A stretch of DNA of 64,000 nucleotides from Trichoplax adhaerens (lineage: Eukaryota; Animalia; Placozoa): the NCBI RefSeq assembly GCF_000150275.1, contig NW_002060962.1:799205-863204 (forward strand). The letters run 5' to 3'. The notes under the pieces were generated by a model, which was not told where the DNA came from, made no database searches, and saw only the letters and a program-made list of their open reading frames with translations. Both the position numbers and the translations under genes were made by a program. Numbering within the stretch: position 1 is the first letter of the stretch; every line of letters begins with the position of its first letter. Shown here piece by piece: positions 1 to 14,800 of this stretch.

Positions 1-344
1 TTTAACTAGTTCAATAAAGTTATGCTCATCCATAACAGAATTTTGATATGAATATCAATGATAGCCACATAACATTGCAGTCCATAACCATAATAAGAAC
101 AGAACTATAAAACCTTTAATTTGTGGATGTTATTGAACAATTATAATAATTAGAATACTAGCGTTACTAATCGGTGCATGATGTAGCTCATAAGCGTATT
201 ACAATAATCTATAGTGGCAGACACCACTATTAGCTTGATCATTAGGAGTCACCAATTACTACCGTGGCTGTCGGTTATATCTTCTAATTCATTAACGCAA
301 TAGTCACATAATAAATTCTCCTTTCAAATTAAAATATAACTTAC

Positions 345-3300
345 TTGCTGGAAAGTTACAAGATGGCGATTGAATATGCCGTCATTAATAATTCTCTTTC
401 TTTGAGTTACTGTAAGAAAGAAATGTATGTTGGTAAGAAATTAGCAGTCTCATTAAATCAGATAGCATGCGCTATATAAAAAAGTAGAGATAGCTCAAAT
501 CAGCAGTCTTATAAATCAGATAGTATACGCCAATCAGAAATGTAGATATAGCTCGAATCAGCTGTCTTATAAAATCAGATAGCATGCTCTATTTAGAAAA
601 GTAGATATGCCTCAAATCAACAGTCATATTAAGTCGGATAGTATACGCTATATAGTAGATATGACTCAATTATGAGTAAAAGTCTTATTGTATATAACGT
701 TTATGAGGGAATGATTGGAGTCGTCTCGGCGATATGAAATTAAATGTTTAAACGATTTTGCAAAGATATTGATCCCATTCCCCTTCTACTTCCAGTGCTA
801 TTATTCCTTTGCATGCTATCAGTATCCAGAACTGATTTCTACCGATCGACTTTAGTGCACTAATTCTATGCTATTTCATTTAATCTTTCTTAAACGTTCT
901 AGTCTAGTATTTATTTCCTCTATGGTCAGAGAGATTCNNNNNNNNNNNNNNNNNNNNNNNNNNNNNNNNNNNNNNNNNNNNNNNNNNNNNNNNNNNNNNN
1001 NNNNNNNNNNNNNNNNNNNNNNNNNNNNNNNNNNNNNNNNNNNNNNNNNNNNNNNNNNNNNNNNNNNNNNNNNNNNNNNNNNNNNNNNNNNNNNNNNNNN
1101 NNNNNNNNNNNNNNNNNNNNNNNNNNNNNNNNNNNNNNNNNNNNNNNNNNNNNNNNNNCATATTTCTTTTTTAGCTGTAAGAATAAAGATGATTCATTTA
1201 TTACTTATTTTCATTCCGGTAGAAATAGACGACATTAAAATAGGCATCTAGAATCGTAAGAATATTGACCATTTCTGGTAATAATATTTTACTTGTCATT
1301 CATTTTTCTGTGATTATTATGCACAAGAAAGGACATAGTTGAAAATGCTCTACTTTCGCAGCTACAGTTGATTTATGATTTATTTTTCTATACTTAGTAC
1401 GCACTAGGGAAGGAGAAAACATGTTCGAAAATGTGCTATTACTGTATAAATAAATGATTTATTTCTACGTTTATTTGTGCATTGAAAAAGATGTACAGAA
1501 TCGAAAACGCTCTGTTACTGCAGAATCAAATGAAAAATCGATGAAATATCATTTATTTCCCTGGTTGGTATTTATTGGAGAAGATCAATATAGTATGATT
1601 GAAAGCACTCTACTACTGCAGAAATACCCAATTGAATCATTATTTCATACGATTATTATGGATTGAAAAAGATGAATATGACTAAAAATATTTTACACTG
1701 TAGAATTGTACTGTATAATTTATCAACTATTTTTGTATGATTATTATACATTGAGAAGGATGAATATGACCGAAGATGCTCTACTGTAGAAATTGTTGAT
1801 TTATCATTTACTTTCTATACTTACTAGCTATACGTGTGCTACTCGTCCTACCAACCAATAATTTATCTCCCTAAATTAATTATCTAGCTTAATTTATTCA
1901 GTCTAGCTAATGCTAAAGTTCGCATTATTGCCAAATCTATTCTATTGGACTAGTTTGGCATAGTAGAGAAAGATTATACTATAGTAATGGATTGAGAGAG
2001 ATCAGCATAACCGAAAATTTTTTACTGCTGTAGAAAATGATAATGTATCGTTTACTTTCTGTACCTCACTTATTATACATTTGAAATGGATGAATATGAC
2101 TCAAAATGCTGTAAAATTACAGAATAAGATAATTTATAGTTTATTTTTCATACTTGTTGGGCATTGATAAGACAAACATGATCGAAAATACTGTACTTGA
2201 GCTAAAGTAAATGATTTATCATTTATTACACTGGCTCATATATGTATTTGAAAAAGATAAAAATGATCGGAAATGCTCTACTAGAATAGAAATAAATGAT
2301 TTATCGTTTATTTTTTTTAGCTCATTATGCATTGGAAGAAGATAAACATAATCGAAAATGCTGCACTAATGTAGAAATACAGTAAAATGTACTACATCGT
2401 TTATTTCCTATACATATGATGCAAAGAAAAAGATAAATATAATCGAAAATGCACCAATAAAAGTAAGTATAACACTTATTGATTTTTTCCTAAATACTAA
2501 CTACCAGAATTGGTCTAGGTATTGCAATTATAGTGCGTGAAATAATTTTAGTTTAAAGCAATTCATGATATATTTCCTATGTTTATTATGCTTAGGTAAA
2601 ATCGAATATGACGAAAAATTCGTTTCCAGGAATGAATTATCGTTTCCTGCCTGAATACTTACTACCAGATTTAGTTTCGTTACGGTGATGAGTGTTAGAA
2701 ATGATATTATTTTACAGTTCTATAAAATTGGCTCTAAGCCAAAAGCATAGAATGACTGCATGTTGTTATTATTCTTATTTGTTGATCTTTGAACATTCAT
2801 GACACCTTAATTTAGTTTTAGTTACTTTGGCATTACCCTGACTATCGCGATAATAAAAATGAAACACAACCAAGACTGCTAATATTGAAGGGCTCATTTC
2901 TTAAGCTAGTAAATAGCTCTTTTACTCCTATTCAATTTTCAACTTCAATATGGATCGCAAAGCCAGATAAATAGATAATGCAATTCGCAACAAATGGAGC
3001 AATTTCTTATCATACAAAGTAAAATAATTGACAAAAATGTAACATTGTTTCCTCGATAGCAAGCTCAAATTTCATCTAGAATTGATATTGAATCCATCGA
3101 TCTTCAATTTAATATCATTCATTTTACAATTTAGACTTGCAACGAATAGTTTGCCCTTCAATAAAATGATTACTACCTTGTATCACTATTTATGGCAATG
3201 GCTTAATGTCGATTTTACCATTAAGGAAGTCAAAAATGTCATTTGATGACTTGATTGCTATTAATTTTATCGTTATTATGAAATTTAAACTGGCGCTGAT

Positions 3301-6300
3301 CTTATTTTTGATTTAGTATAGAGTACAGATCGAAATTTTGTTCTTGTTATTTTATGAATGATGTCATTACTTCTGTATGCAGTTCTAAGATCAACGATTT
3401 CATATTTATATTGATAGAGAAGGGGCAAATCAGATATTAAAAATAATGATGACGTCTTTTCAGAGGGCGTCAATATTATCATACCCAAATCGATACACAA
3501 TATTCTGGCACAAATAGACTGATTATTATCCGATAAGAATATCTCAGGTACGTACAGGACATTAGGTCTAATAATAGCATTAAAAAATAGCATTCTTGAC
3601 GATTACTGTGAATGTAATGGCTTTTACTACTGCTATGAAATCTAGCTATCAATGATGTAGGCATTAGGCATGTATAGGACATTGGTTCTACTGCTAATGG
3701 CGTAAAGAAATAACATTCTCAAGAATTACTATGTAGCAACTTTTATTGCTGCTATGGAATCGAACTAAAATATCTCAGGTATGTATACAATATCAGTTCT
3801 ACTACTAAGGACGTGAAGAAATAGCATTCTCGATAAGTAATGCAACTATCGTAGCTTTTATTGCTGCTATGAAATTTAATGATGACATATTATTTGGTCT
3901 TCTTTTTGACATGATATTTAATTTTGCTAATGATGATTAATTTAATTCTTTGCTTAATCAATCTCGTGGGATAACGATTTCATTTGTGGTATGTGAGAAA
4001 TAGATGCAATCAGATGAGAAAATATATATACTAATGTCCTGTGGATGGAAATATGACAATTAATACTGGTATGTGGTCATGCTTGTGGATTAATCAATCA
4101 TCAACGAGTAAATTAATATTACCATTGATTAAACTACTTGTAGTTGGATAGAAGATACGGAGTAAAATTAAGAGAAAGATAGCAGATATTTGAATAATAT
4201 ACAATAGATGAACACTGATGCAAAATTACATCGTAAAGTAAATAAATGTAGAATTAATCCTAGTCTGTACATAACCTATTTCCTTTATGTTGATTCCAAT
4301 AAGGGCTGAATAAATAAAACGGATGTAAGCTTATTCTATAATCATCCCATGTGAAGTAAATAATGGTGAACTATTTAAGTAGAGTTTAGCTATAAAAATT
4401 TGATGTTACTATCAACAGAATAATCCCAATAGAGCATAAATGAAAGAATATCAGAGTATAATAGCATATCCCAAGCAATTATAAATGCCAAATTGCATGA
4501 TATTGAGTACGACTAAATTTGCTGAATAGCCTAGTAAAGGAAATTTTGAATATTAAGTGTAATACTGAATTCGAATTCGATTAAAGGCTAAAATTACTAA
4601 TGTTATCCAATAGTCTAGAAATATATTTTGAAGATAGATCTGTCAATGCTGATACATCATATGCTAAATTATATAGTAAAATGCAGTACTTGCAATTTAT
4701 CCAATAATTCAATAAAAATGTGTTTGAAAAGGATCTCAATATTGCATTTATTTTTGATGAAGATTGTAGGAAGTAGATCCCCAATCTGCGAAATAGCCAG
4801 TCTGGTAAAAATTTGCTTTAAAATAGATATAAACGTTAAATACTGGATTTATTGCTGAAATAGATTCCATGGATATTCCTTAATTAACTCAATGATCCAA
4901 TGGAACTGTATTTCAAAATAGACATCAATGCTGCATTCCAAACTCGAGTACGGTATACAGAAGTAGATCACTAGATCGACCAAACCGTCTACTAAAGTAT
5001 ATTTTGAAAATAGACATTAATGCTAAATTGTGTAACAAGAGAAATATAATCTACATCAGCCTAACACATTAAACTATTCTATGCAGATTGACGAATCCAA
5101 TGAAACTGTATTTTAAAGTAGACATCAATGTTGCATTCTATGCTAGAGTACGGTATATAGAAGTAAGTCAATTAATTCGCCAAACCGCCCACTGAAGTAT
5201 ATTTTGAAAATAGACATTAATACTACATTCTATAAAAAGAAAAACATAAACTATATTAACCTGGCAGATTATGCTATTCTATTGAGATTGACTAATATCA
5301 AAGCTATGCAACTATTATTTATTTATAAATATCATTGTGGATGAAGATCATTAAATAGTATCGATGTAAATATCATTTCTTAAATTTGAAAATATCCGAT
5401 CTAGAAAGTAAAATTGATTTATACTTGATATTGCAAGCAAATGATATGATGTTATTTATATTACAAGCAAATTTAAGTCGTCAAGGTTATTTGAAGGCGT
5501 TCAGAGTATCAACTTAGTGAGAAAATAGGAACCGTTTAAAATGATTAGAAGGATAGAATTAATATTGCAAATAATATTGTAAAGATGGATTATAGAGCTT
5601 TGAATATTGCTTTTCTATTCTAAAGCAATCCAGCTAGAATTGATGGTGCTGCCTGCCATATTGGTAGCTTAAGAATAACTTAAACCTTCTTAGGGAAGTA
5701 TTCATGGTCATAGCAAAAAGAAATGGTGAATTATCTGCGCCTAAGAAACTGATCTTCTTTCCTCATTAGCAGAATTCTACTGGAAATAGCTTGCAATTAA
5801 TTTACTCTCTTATTCAAATCTTTGAAAGCATTTGAAAGTGTTGCGGCGTAGAAACAACTACAGCCGTTTGAACTAATGCAATTTTCTGATTAGTAATAAA
5901 TATTTCTGGCATTAGCATACTATCTAGATTGAGAAAAATAGATCTTCTTGACTTCCTGATAAGATACTACTAAAAATAGCTAGCCATAGCTTAACTCTGA
6001 TATCCAAGCCTTGGAATGAGTTGAAAGAAAAACATATCTACCGCGGCTATTTTAAAACTGTCTAATTTTCAAAACAGGTATGAAAGTTATGCAATAAAGC
6101 GGTAGGAGTAAAATAATTAAAGATGAACACTCGGAACCATCAATAGCTGATATGTCAACTTGAGAAATGCTGAGGAATATCGCTGCTCAAAATATGATCA
6201 TTATATTCTATCATTCTTGCCCTTTTGACTTTTAATTATAGCAGTATGAGCTAATTAGATCATAAGCTATTATTATCACCTAATAATAAAAGATAGCACT

Positions 6301-9045
6301 GGCTTAAAATTAAAGTGATCGCTTATTATATCGACGGTTGACCACCTGCATATTCGAGATTTCAGCCTGATTAACAAGCAATAGGCTAAATAGTTCTAGT
6401 AAATTTTGTAGAAGACGAAATTCATTTTAATCTAGGGATGTATTAGTCAAGGGATCGATAGGACAAAACTCATTACAAAACTAAATGATAGCTACTCTTT
6501 TATGGAAAGTAACTCGAGATCTTTAGTTCGATTGGGAAGTAATTGGTTGGATAGTAGTAGTAACTCAGTAGGAGAAATCAATTATTTGAAATCTATCTTT
6601 GCAACGTGTAGGTGAGAAGAGCAATAAGACAGGATTCATTTGTTGGCTAAACGATAGCTATTCCCCTTGAATATAAAGTGATTGGAGATATTCAACCCGA
6701 TTAAGAAGTAATGGATGAAATAGTTCTTATGACCCTGCAGAAAAGTGGATTTGTTATTGCAATCAATAAGCGAAAGAGACCAATAAGTATATTGGATAGC
6801 TAAACGGTAGCTACTACTTGATAGGAAATGAGGATAAAAATTCGCAGTCTGAATCTAATCATGAAATTGCCAATGCACACTCTATTGAATTGGAAGATTA
6901 TTACGGTAATTTCTATCAGCATGATGCAGAAAAGCAAGAATAGGATAAATAGGTAGAGAATCGATGATGGCAAAGTTTCAATAAAAATTAAAACATTTAA
7001 CAATCCATTGAAAAGAAAATAACTTTTAAACACGTCAAGTTCAATAGATGAGCAAGATAGGCTATAATATTACCTAACAAGTTATCATTCTTACCTCTTC
7101 ATGAAGGCTTAGTAATTGGCTATATCGAACGGATGAATGATAGACTCCGTTAGAGTAGATATTATAGGCCTAGGGAATAGAGAAGATAGAATAGAATAAT
7201 GAACTGATTGGATGCATTGCAGTTAAATAGATTTAAAACATTGTTTTGGTCAGTTATGGAAGTCAATATTAAAGATGAGATTTTATTGATTTCGACGTAG
7301 AACAATTCGTGGGTAAACAAGCAGCGGAATGAACAAAGACTGACGGAATAATCGTCATATGGAAGAGAGCGCAGTAAGAAGGGGAAAAATCCACTTGATC
7401 AACGTGTTTTGTCGAATTAAAATGGAGATCCAATTCTAGCTAGTATTAAACTATCTTGACTAAATAGGCTAGAGAAGTAATAGTATTGTAACTGTCATGG
7501 AGTTGACAAAAAACAAAATAGAGAAAGAAGAGCTTGCACGGAAAATAATGATAGCTATTTCTAATTGTCTGGATAGGTTTACACGCCTTTTCCGCCAAAC
7601 GTAGTGTATGATTAGCTAAACTATAGCTTATTTTATGATTTCTTCAACATCTCTTGTTTGAACCAAGTAATGGTAGAATAAAATAAAAAAATAAAAGAGT
7701 AAAATGCATCGATGTTCATTCTATTCAATGGTGGGTAAATTGGGTTATTTCTTTATGGTCTAGGGTGGATTATTTTCCACATCGATATCAAAATGATCGT
7801 TAAAACGATTTTACGATACTAGTATCCCAATTTTGGGGGGGGGGCATTCATAACGATGAGAGAGGGTGAAAGAAATTGTTTGCCAGGGCTAAGATTTGTA
7901 TGCCAATGAAATTAAGCTTATTTCTTGGTCATTTGATCCCATGTGGTCAAATTTATCACGTAAGCAGTATGTGCAAAAACTTGTCATTAATCTTCAAATG
8001 CTAATCGTTTTTGACAGCTTCTTGTCACAACAGGGAGGTGTTTGATAGAGAAGAAGCCATAACGTAAGAAGAATCAAGCCTTTTGTGTATTACATGGCCA
8101 ATTTATTTTACTCATGGCCATAGTTGAGATGAAATCGTGACTTTACTTGAAAGTTTAGGTTTTAAATTGAATCGATGCGAATCTTTCTTCTTCCTCTTCT
8201 ATTAACGGAAAGACAAACACGACGTCTATAAAATTGGCCTTGATCGAAAACTTCCTACGCGATGATTCTTACATAGATCAATAGTCAGAAGAGTGGGGGA
8301 ATGGTAGGATACACATTATGGATACTTTCAAAGTTTATGCTAGTACTACTCAGATCATAGGGGAACACTTGGTTACCATTTCTCCTGTAAGTTTAGATTA
8401 ACTCCTTCAGAATAAAAATATTTAGACCAGAAAAATTATTGGATGGTATAATGATCTCCATTTAAAGTCGGAATGAATATCTTGTTCATGGTGACAGCCA
8501 TTCCTTTTTCATTTGTTAATAGTCTAATTTTACTGTCGATCGCTCCACTAAATAATCATGTCAAGGATCAGCGTCTACGAATGGAGGGAGTTGCGAGAAA
8601 TAATTTAAATCTCATACCAATAGCAATATTAGCCAGATGAGTCTTTGCCATTTCCGCCATGGATGACACATCTATTTCTTCATCTCTTGAATTGTCAAAT
8701 GCTTCAAGGCAATCCAGACTGTATTTTGAGCCTGTCATTAATAATGGTATAGTGCTTCAACTGGCCTAGTTTACAGTTTTGGATAACTTGATTATTTTAC
8801 GAGAGGGTTGGATGAGAAATAAGATCAAAGTAAAAGGGAGGTGTTGAATTGATCTTTACCCTATAGTCTTGCTCAAGTGGTTGTCATTTTAAGTGGAATT
8901 AAGGAATAGCTTTATCACCCTCTATTCTTATCTATCCTAAACTCTATTCTAATCCAAATAAGCAAGATATTAAGAAAAAACTTACCGTATAATTTTTGCC
9001 ATCTTTATCCTTAAGGGTTTTGATATCAGGCACAGTAAAATACAT
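345..9045 (-). CDS. SNX17: Sorting nexin 17 (SNX17/SNX31 family), N-terminal PX-domain exons; the gene continues left of the window
   Basis: Minus-strand exons: 9045-8986 (MYFTVPDIKTLKDKDGKNYT), 7169-7095 (AYNIYSNGVYHSSVRYSQLLSLHEE), 1174-~872 interrupted by the N gap (LKKKY...ISLTIEEINTRLERLRK), 409-345 (xTQRKRIINDGIFNRHLVTFQQ). These align with the human SNX17 N-terminus as recalled (MHFSIPE...AYNIHVNGVLHCRVRYSQLLGLHEQLRKEY...FSLTPAEVEQRREQLEK...FNSFLRRAQQ). Junctions are GT-AG except the unclear 3' end of exon 3. Confidence 0.88.
440..670. repeat. Degenerate tandem repeat, ~57-bp unit, ~4 copies (SNX17 intron)
   Basis: Recurring gtagatatagctcaaatcagcagtcttataaatcagatag-like units near 484, 542, 601 and 655. 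Confidence 0.8.
938..1158. other. Assembly gap (221 N) inside SNX17 exon 3
   Basis: Run of N with SNX17-like coding sequence on both sides. Confidence 0.95.
1300..2660. repeat. Highly degenerate tandem repeat array, ~80-95-bp unit (SNX17 intron 2)
   Basis: Recurring ttgaaaaagatgaatatgatcgaaaatgctctactgtagaa...atttatcatttattt motif, more than 10 degenerate copies. Confidence 0.75.
4600..5300. repeat. Tandem duplication, ~200-bp unit with internal subrepeats
   Basis: 4894-5090 and 5093-5295 are clearly homologous (atccaatg.aactgtatt...tagacatcaatg.tgcattc...gagtacggtata.agaagta; aagtatattttgaaaatagacattaat). Confidence 0.8.
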
Positions 9046-10359
9046 AATGACAGAAAAATGGCCAACTGACTTACTGGATAGAAAGGATGGGAAAGAAGGA
9101 GCAAATTAGACAAATTGAACTGTCAAAAAGAATATTGGGGAAAAATTGTTTATCTTGGCTGTGTTGTAGGAATTTTTAAGCTAATGTTGCCTGCATGCTA
9201 TCGCTGTGGAAGTGTAAGTAAAATGTTGGAGGGACACTAACTACAGCTAGCAATACAAGTGTAGGCGCTCTACCTCATTCTAGTTAGCAAAATCATTTAT
9301 TATTCTTTTATTAATTATTCGTATTATAATAATTTAAATGTTTCCTCTGACCTAATCAACAATAAAAACATACAACTATACAAATGATAATTGTACGACA
9401 TTGATGCTTTGTTTACATTTCTTGGGCAATGATGGATAAAAATGAATATCTCAAGAAACTTGTTAACGCAATAAATTGAATTCATTAATTGGCGCTAATC
9501 CATGGATAGGACTACGGGTAGTAGTTCATCTTTAGTCAGTTATACTTAAAAAGATAGAATCGATGGGGTCGATGATAAACTTGTCGTGACAGAGCAATTT
9601 CAGGGATATTATAGTAGTGAATTCTAATTTGAGGTAATAATCCAGGGGACAAGTTTCCAAAGTTTCCTTTTATTCCATTTAAGAGTCTTCTTTAGTTATA
9701 TAATAATAGGAGCAAAAGAGAGGGAAGGAAAGTCTTTCCTAGCAATACGGTGAATAGAACTGATGATTGCTGTGATCAATATATTTCTACGAAAGGATGG
9801 CATGGGTAGAATATAAAATAGTTATGACAAACTATTGCAGTTACGTAATAGAAGTACACAAAATGGTGATTGCTTCCAATTTGAGATACTCAGAAAGCAA
9901 CTTCATTGATCTAGTTAAGCATATATGGTATGAATACAATTTACCTCTCAAACAGTATGCAGAACACATCTTTCATATTGATTATGTGTAAGTATATCAT
10001 AATCTGCGGTATATAATGAGGTAGGCCATTTTACGCTATAGTGCGGCATCTTCATTAATAGTGATAGCACTATATTTCTCAATAACTTGATTAATACGAG
10101 TACTATTTAGCTCTCAACAATATGTTAAACACATATCTTTTATATTGGTTTGGTGTAAGTACATCATAATTTACGGTATACAATGCCATGTTAGGCGATG
10201 TTAGGCTAAAATGTGGTACCTTAATATAGTGGTAGCACAACATTTTAGTTACAAAATAAATAATAGATTTAAATATAGATGTATCGTTCTTAGTCGTACT
10301 ATCCCTTGTACACATGAAATAGACGTATGTAGAGATTTGAATCCACTATAATTACTGTA

Positions 10360-11810
10360 TAGAAGGGGGGGGTGATATTTGCAAGTAGCTGGTTTGAATA
10401 GCTACCTTATTTTCTCTTAATAGTCTTAATGAAAACGTTATTATTATTATTAATAGATAGAGAACGCGGATGTATACCTGTAGATCAGCTAGGTAGAGAG
10501 AGAAAAACATTAACTATAAATACGGTAAATAAACAGATAGGCTTAATGATTGTTGTTATAGGTTATTTTCTGCTGGAGGGGAATGGTTGTATGAATGGAT
10601 GATAAAATTGTCATTTCAAAACAATTTCTGATTCTACGTTTTAATTATAAATTAAATAAATATAGAGATAGAAATATTATAATTAGCTATAGTATTACTA
10701 GTATGCGTGAATTATGGAGATTATAATCAACTTTAATCACTACGCGTAAGGACGGTGAATTTTAATTAGAGGGAATTCATGGAAGTAACAGGTTCGTAAA
10801 GCTACATTCTATTCTCTTAACAGTCTTAATGGGGCAATATTATTATTTATAGATAATGCCATCTTAGGCTATAGTGAGCTATCTTCATTATAAAATAAGT
10901 ATAGATATAAATCTATCGTAATTAGTTATTCTACAGCTAGTATGCATGAATTATATGTATGGATCTAAATAATGGCTACACATAAGGACAATAAATTTAT
11001 TTAGAAGGAATTTATGAAAGTAACAGGCTTGAAAAGCTACGTTCTGCTCTCTTAAGAGTCTTAATGGATATTATTATTTATAATAGATAGAAAACGAAGA
11101 TGTATACTGCGGATCAGCTAGGTAGAGAGAAAGGAACATTGACTATGAATACGGCAAATAAGCAGATAGGATTGATGATTGTTGCAGTAATCTAGTTGCT
11201 GCTAATAAGGAATGATTACACGGTAGATGATAAACTCGTCATTACAAAACTATTTTAATTACGTAGCAAGCGTAGTAGATTTAATTAGATAAAGTTCATG
11301 GAAATCACAAGTTCGCAGAGCTGCATAATATTTCCTTTAATAGCACAATACGATTTGTAGATAGAGAGCGGTATTGCATAGATCAATCAAGTAGAGAGAT
11401 AGAAAGTATTTACTATGAATACGTTTAACAGATGGACAGAATGGATAATTGTTTGTAGTAGGCTGGTTTTCAGTTAATTCTTCTAACCGAGGATGATTTG
11501 ATAGGCAGATGACAAAGTTATAATTGTAGGACTAATGTCTTTAGACGAATAAGGACGGCGGATTTTAATTAGAGGCAACTCAAAAAGGTAGCAAGTTTGA
11601 AAAGTTACATAATCATTTAAAAAATTTAATGAACAATATTATTAATAGTTAGAGACTATCCTGATAAAGAGATGGAAAGTATTCACTAACAATAAAATAA
11701 TAATTATAACTGAATGGAATTGACGATTATTTGTAGAAGGTTAGTTTTCGAACAAGTCTGCTAAAGGAGAATGATTGCATGGGTAGAGGACAAAAGTCAT
11801 GATAGGAGAT
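10360..11810. repeat. Degenerate tandem repeat array, ~240-300-bp units
   Basis: Recurring ttaattagagggaattcatggaagtaacaggtt..aaagctac blocks and gatcagctaggtagagaga blocks (e.g. 10483, 11112, 11382). Confidence 0.75.
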
Positions 11811-14800
11811 GCAAGTAACAGATTATTCGATATCTTGCTATCCTTTTATATTGTATTATTTTTCCACATCAGTCTTACATGTATTCGATTGAAACTGTAT
11901 TACGCTATCAACGCATATTCCAATAAAGCTTTGTTTTTCATTCCATATAGAATATATAACAAACTCACTTATTGTAGTTGTAAAAGATGGCAAAGACTAA
12001 TAAATACTTTGCTGATCGTTGATCAATATATTGAGTATTCCTTCGTTCATGACATTAATATATATGATTAGAGTAAAGACTACCGGCAGTTAATTTAATA
12101 CCTAGCTATCAGTCTATGTATGTCACTATACTTGAATCTTATCATCTTTTTTTCATGCAATAGATTGAATTTATGCCCTGCTAACAATGAGCATTCCGGC
12201 AATTATCTAAGGTTTAGTTAGTCAAATGAGAGTAATTCAATTCCCAATTTTTAGATCTTTAGATGGAGAGCTGACTATTGTATGACCTCTTTCTCTTCGG
12301 TGATATAATAAAGTATGAAATGTGGACTACCCCCAGCTATGCAAATGTACGTGCATAGCTTAAATAGTTTAGAATGTAGGCCTTTAGACGCAAAGTCTAG
12401 CTATTGCAAAAATGTACTAGCTTGTATAAATAAAAAATAGGATTAATTAAATATTGGATCACCATTAATATATTCAGAATACTAGTGCTATGTGTTTAGA
12501 AAGATTACTTAGATGAATGTCTTAAACATGGTATTAGAGTGCAGACTATATAAAAGAAATCGCATGATAGTATAAAGTATCTCATTTTTAACTTGGATAC
12601 TAGTATTTACAATAATAACACGCTAACACAAGATTATCGAAGTATTTAGATCAAATTAAAAGGCTAACTTTTGGACTAGAAATAAAATAATATTCCAGCT
12701 GTGTAAGTGTCTACATTAAATCCATTAGCATCTATGAAATAGGCTAATAATTATGTGAATCCCATTAAAATTCATTATTAAAATAAGAATCATTTTAACA
12801 TTAGAATATTTGTCTTCCTGAAATCATCTTTCAAAATAGACAATTCGTCTAGAATCATGAAGGGATTGATATGTTTCATCATAGGTATTTGTTGGCTTGT
12901 CAATAAAATTTTAAATCAATTTTATAGGAAGCATCTACTACTTTTAACTAAATCAGCTACTTTTTAAATATTATTCTCTGCACGTATCTATGTTGATTAA
13001 AGACACTACATTGCTATAAAATACTAATAAGTTACGGAATAAACTGTTTGTGATACTTTTAAAATGGCATTTAAGTAAGCAACTATCGGAAATCATCAAT
13101 TTATACTTACGTCGGCAAGGAACTAGATCGCGTTGTCGATAAAATACAAATTGATTTAACGTTAGAATATTGATATTGTTGCCGATGTCGTAGTAGCCGT
13201 AGTTAAAGTAAGCAACTCACGACTAAGTATTTCTGTTTGTTGGAAGCACTTGTGATAGGCTTGACAATAAAGCAGTTCAATACTAGAAATGAATATTGCT
13301 TTTTGATATCATACGCGTATGTAAAATAAGCAACATTTCAAGGATCATTACTTTATGCTATCCTGCTGAGTGTGAATTATGACATAACCTGTCTGCGGAT
13401 CATTATTCTATCGTAATACAAGATAACTCAGTCGAAGATACGTCCTACTGGAAATTAACAATAAATTAATTAAAATCCGAGTATAAGAGGGTAAAGTTCG
13501 CCAATGATTAAAGGATAAGACGTCGCCTTTGTCCTCTACTAGAATAGAACGTAAATTAGCCGTCGCCTTTACTCGGATAATACTTTCTCATAGCACTTTA
13601 GTTTGATTAAGCAAAAGTTGAGCAATAGCTAGGATTGCATTGAATTCAATATCAGAAAATTTACAATTAGCATGAATTAGAAATAGAATTTATGGACAAT
13701 AATGTATATTCTTTTCATTAGCTACGCCCAGTTATTCAAATCGAATAGATCTACTGTATACCAGCTAGTTACCTCTTGTAATAAATTGTATACTTGTACT
13801 GCTTTGTACCTGGCACAATTTTACTCGCTCTCCGTTCACTGCTTTTGATATTTAAAATATTATACAAGCAAATTGACTAAGGTGAAAATCTGCTACGTTA
13901 ATCGAAAGATTAATGTGTTAAGTAATCATGCTTCAGTCAGGACTGGGTATGTTATAAAGGTTGGCAATTTGAAAATGGGTAAAATAACATGTAGTTTTTA
14001 CCATTCACATTGTCATAATCCTAATACTGTAGAATAAATTAAGTGTTTCATGGCATATTGGATCAAAATGGGACTAGGCTATCAAATTTATCTAATTTAT
14101 ATGTTGGTATGGCCTACCCTGGATAGTTTAGGTACGTAACAATTAATGACAGATATTCCGCTCCAAATCAAAAGTTAATATCCATATTGATAGCTAAGTT
14201 TGCACTGACTATCATCATAGACGAGAATGTCAATGGCTTATAAACAGAGAAAGTACTCATCAAATTATGCTGTTACTTACAGAAAAAATAGGATTTAAAT
14301 TTGTGCGATCTGGATTGATGATATTGATTCATAAGATAGAATCAGAAAAGGTATAAGCAAAAATTATCGAGGCAACATAACACTAGATAATAATAAGCAA
14401 CGTATTAGAATTTAAATTTAACCTTTATCGTTACTTTTATCCTTATAAACTTAATTCCAAGTCTTGGGCAAAAAGGAATGCTGTAAAAGAAACTAGAGGC
14501 GAGATTTTTAAAATAAAGGATCTTAACTACTCTTGACTTTATATTTATATATCTAAATGTGTTAACTGGAATAATTAACTAAGACTGAATGATTCAATAG
14601 GTAGAAAATAATAGACATAAACTGTGTTCAAATTTTAGCCAAGGATACTTTTCTAAATAGATTAAATAGTAAATAAATTTTCCATAACAAAAAATAGAAC
14701 AAGTAGAGATGAAAGCTGAAAATTTTCTCATCGATCTCTTTAAGCAATGAAATTTTTCGAGAAAGCAGTTGATATTTTTTTGCTTTTGAAATACAATATG

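Noticed and set aside
878-880. In-frame TGA in SNX17 exon 3 as selenocysteine or a pseudogene lesion
   Set aside because: It lies close to the assembly gap where similarity also breaks down; sequencing error is the simpler explanation.
1300-2660. Periodic repeats resembling a CRISPR array
   Set aside because: Eukaryotic intron, degenerate units without unique spacers, and no cas genes.
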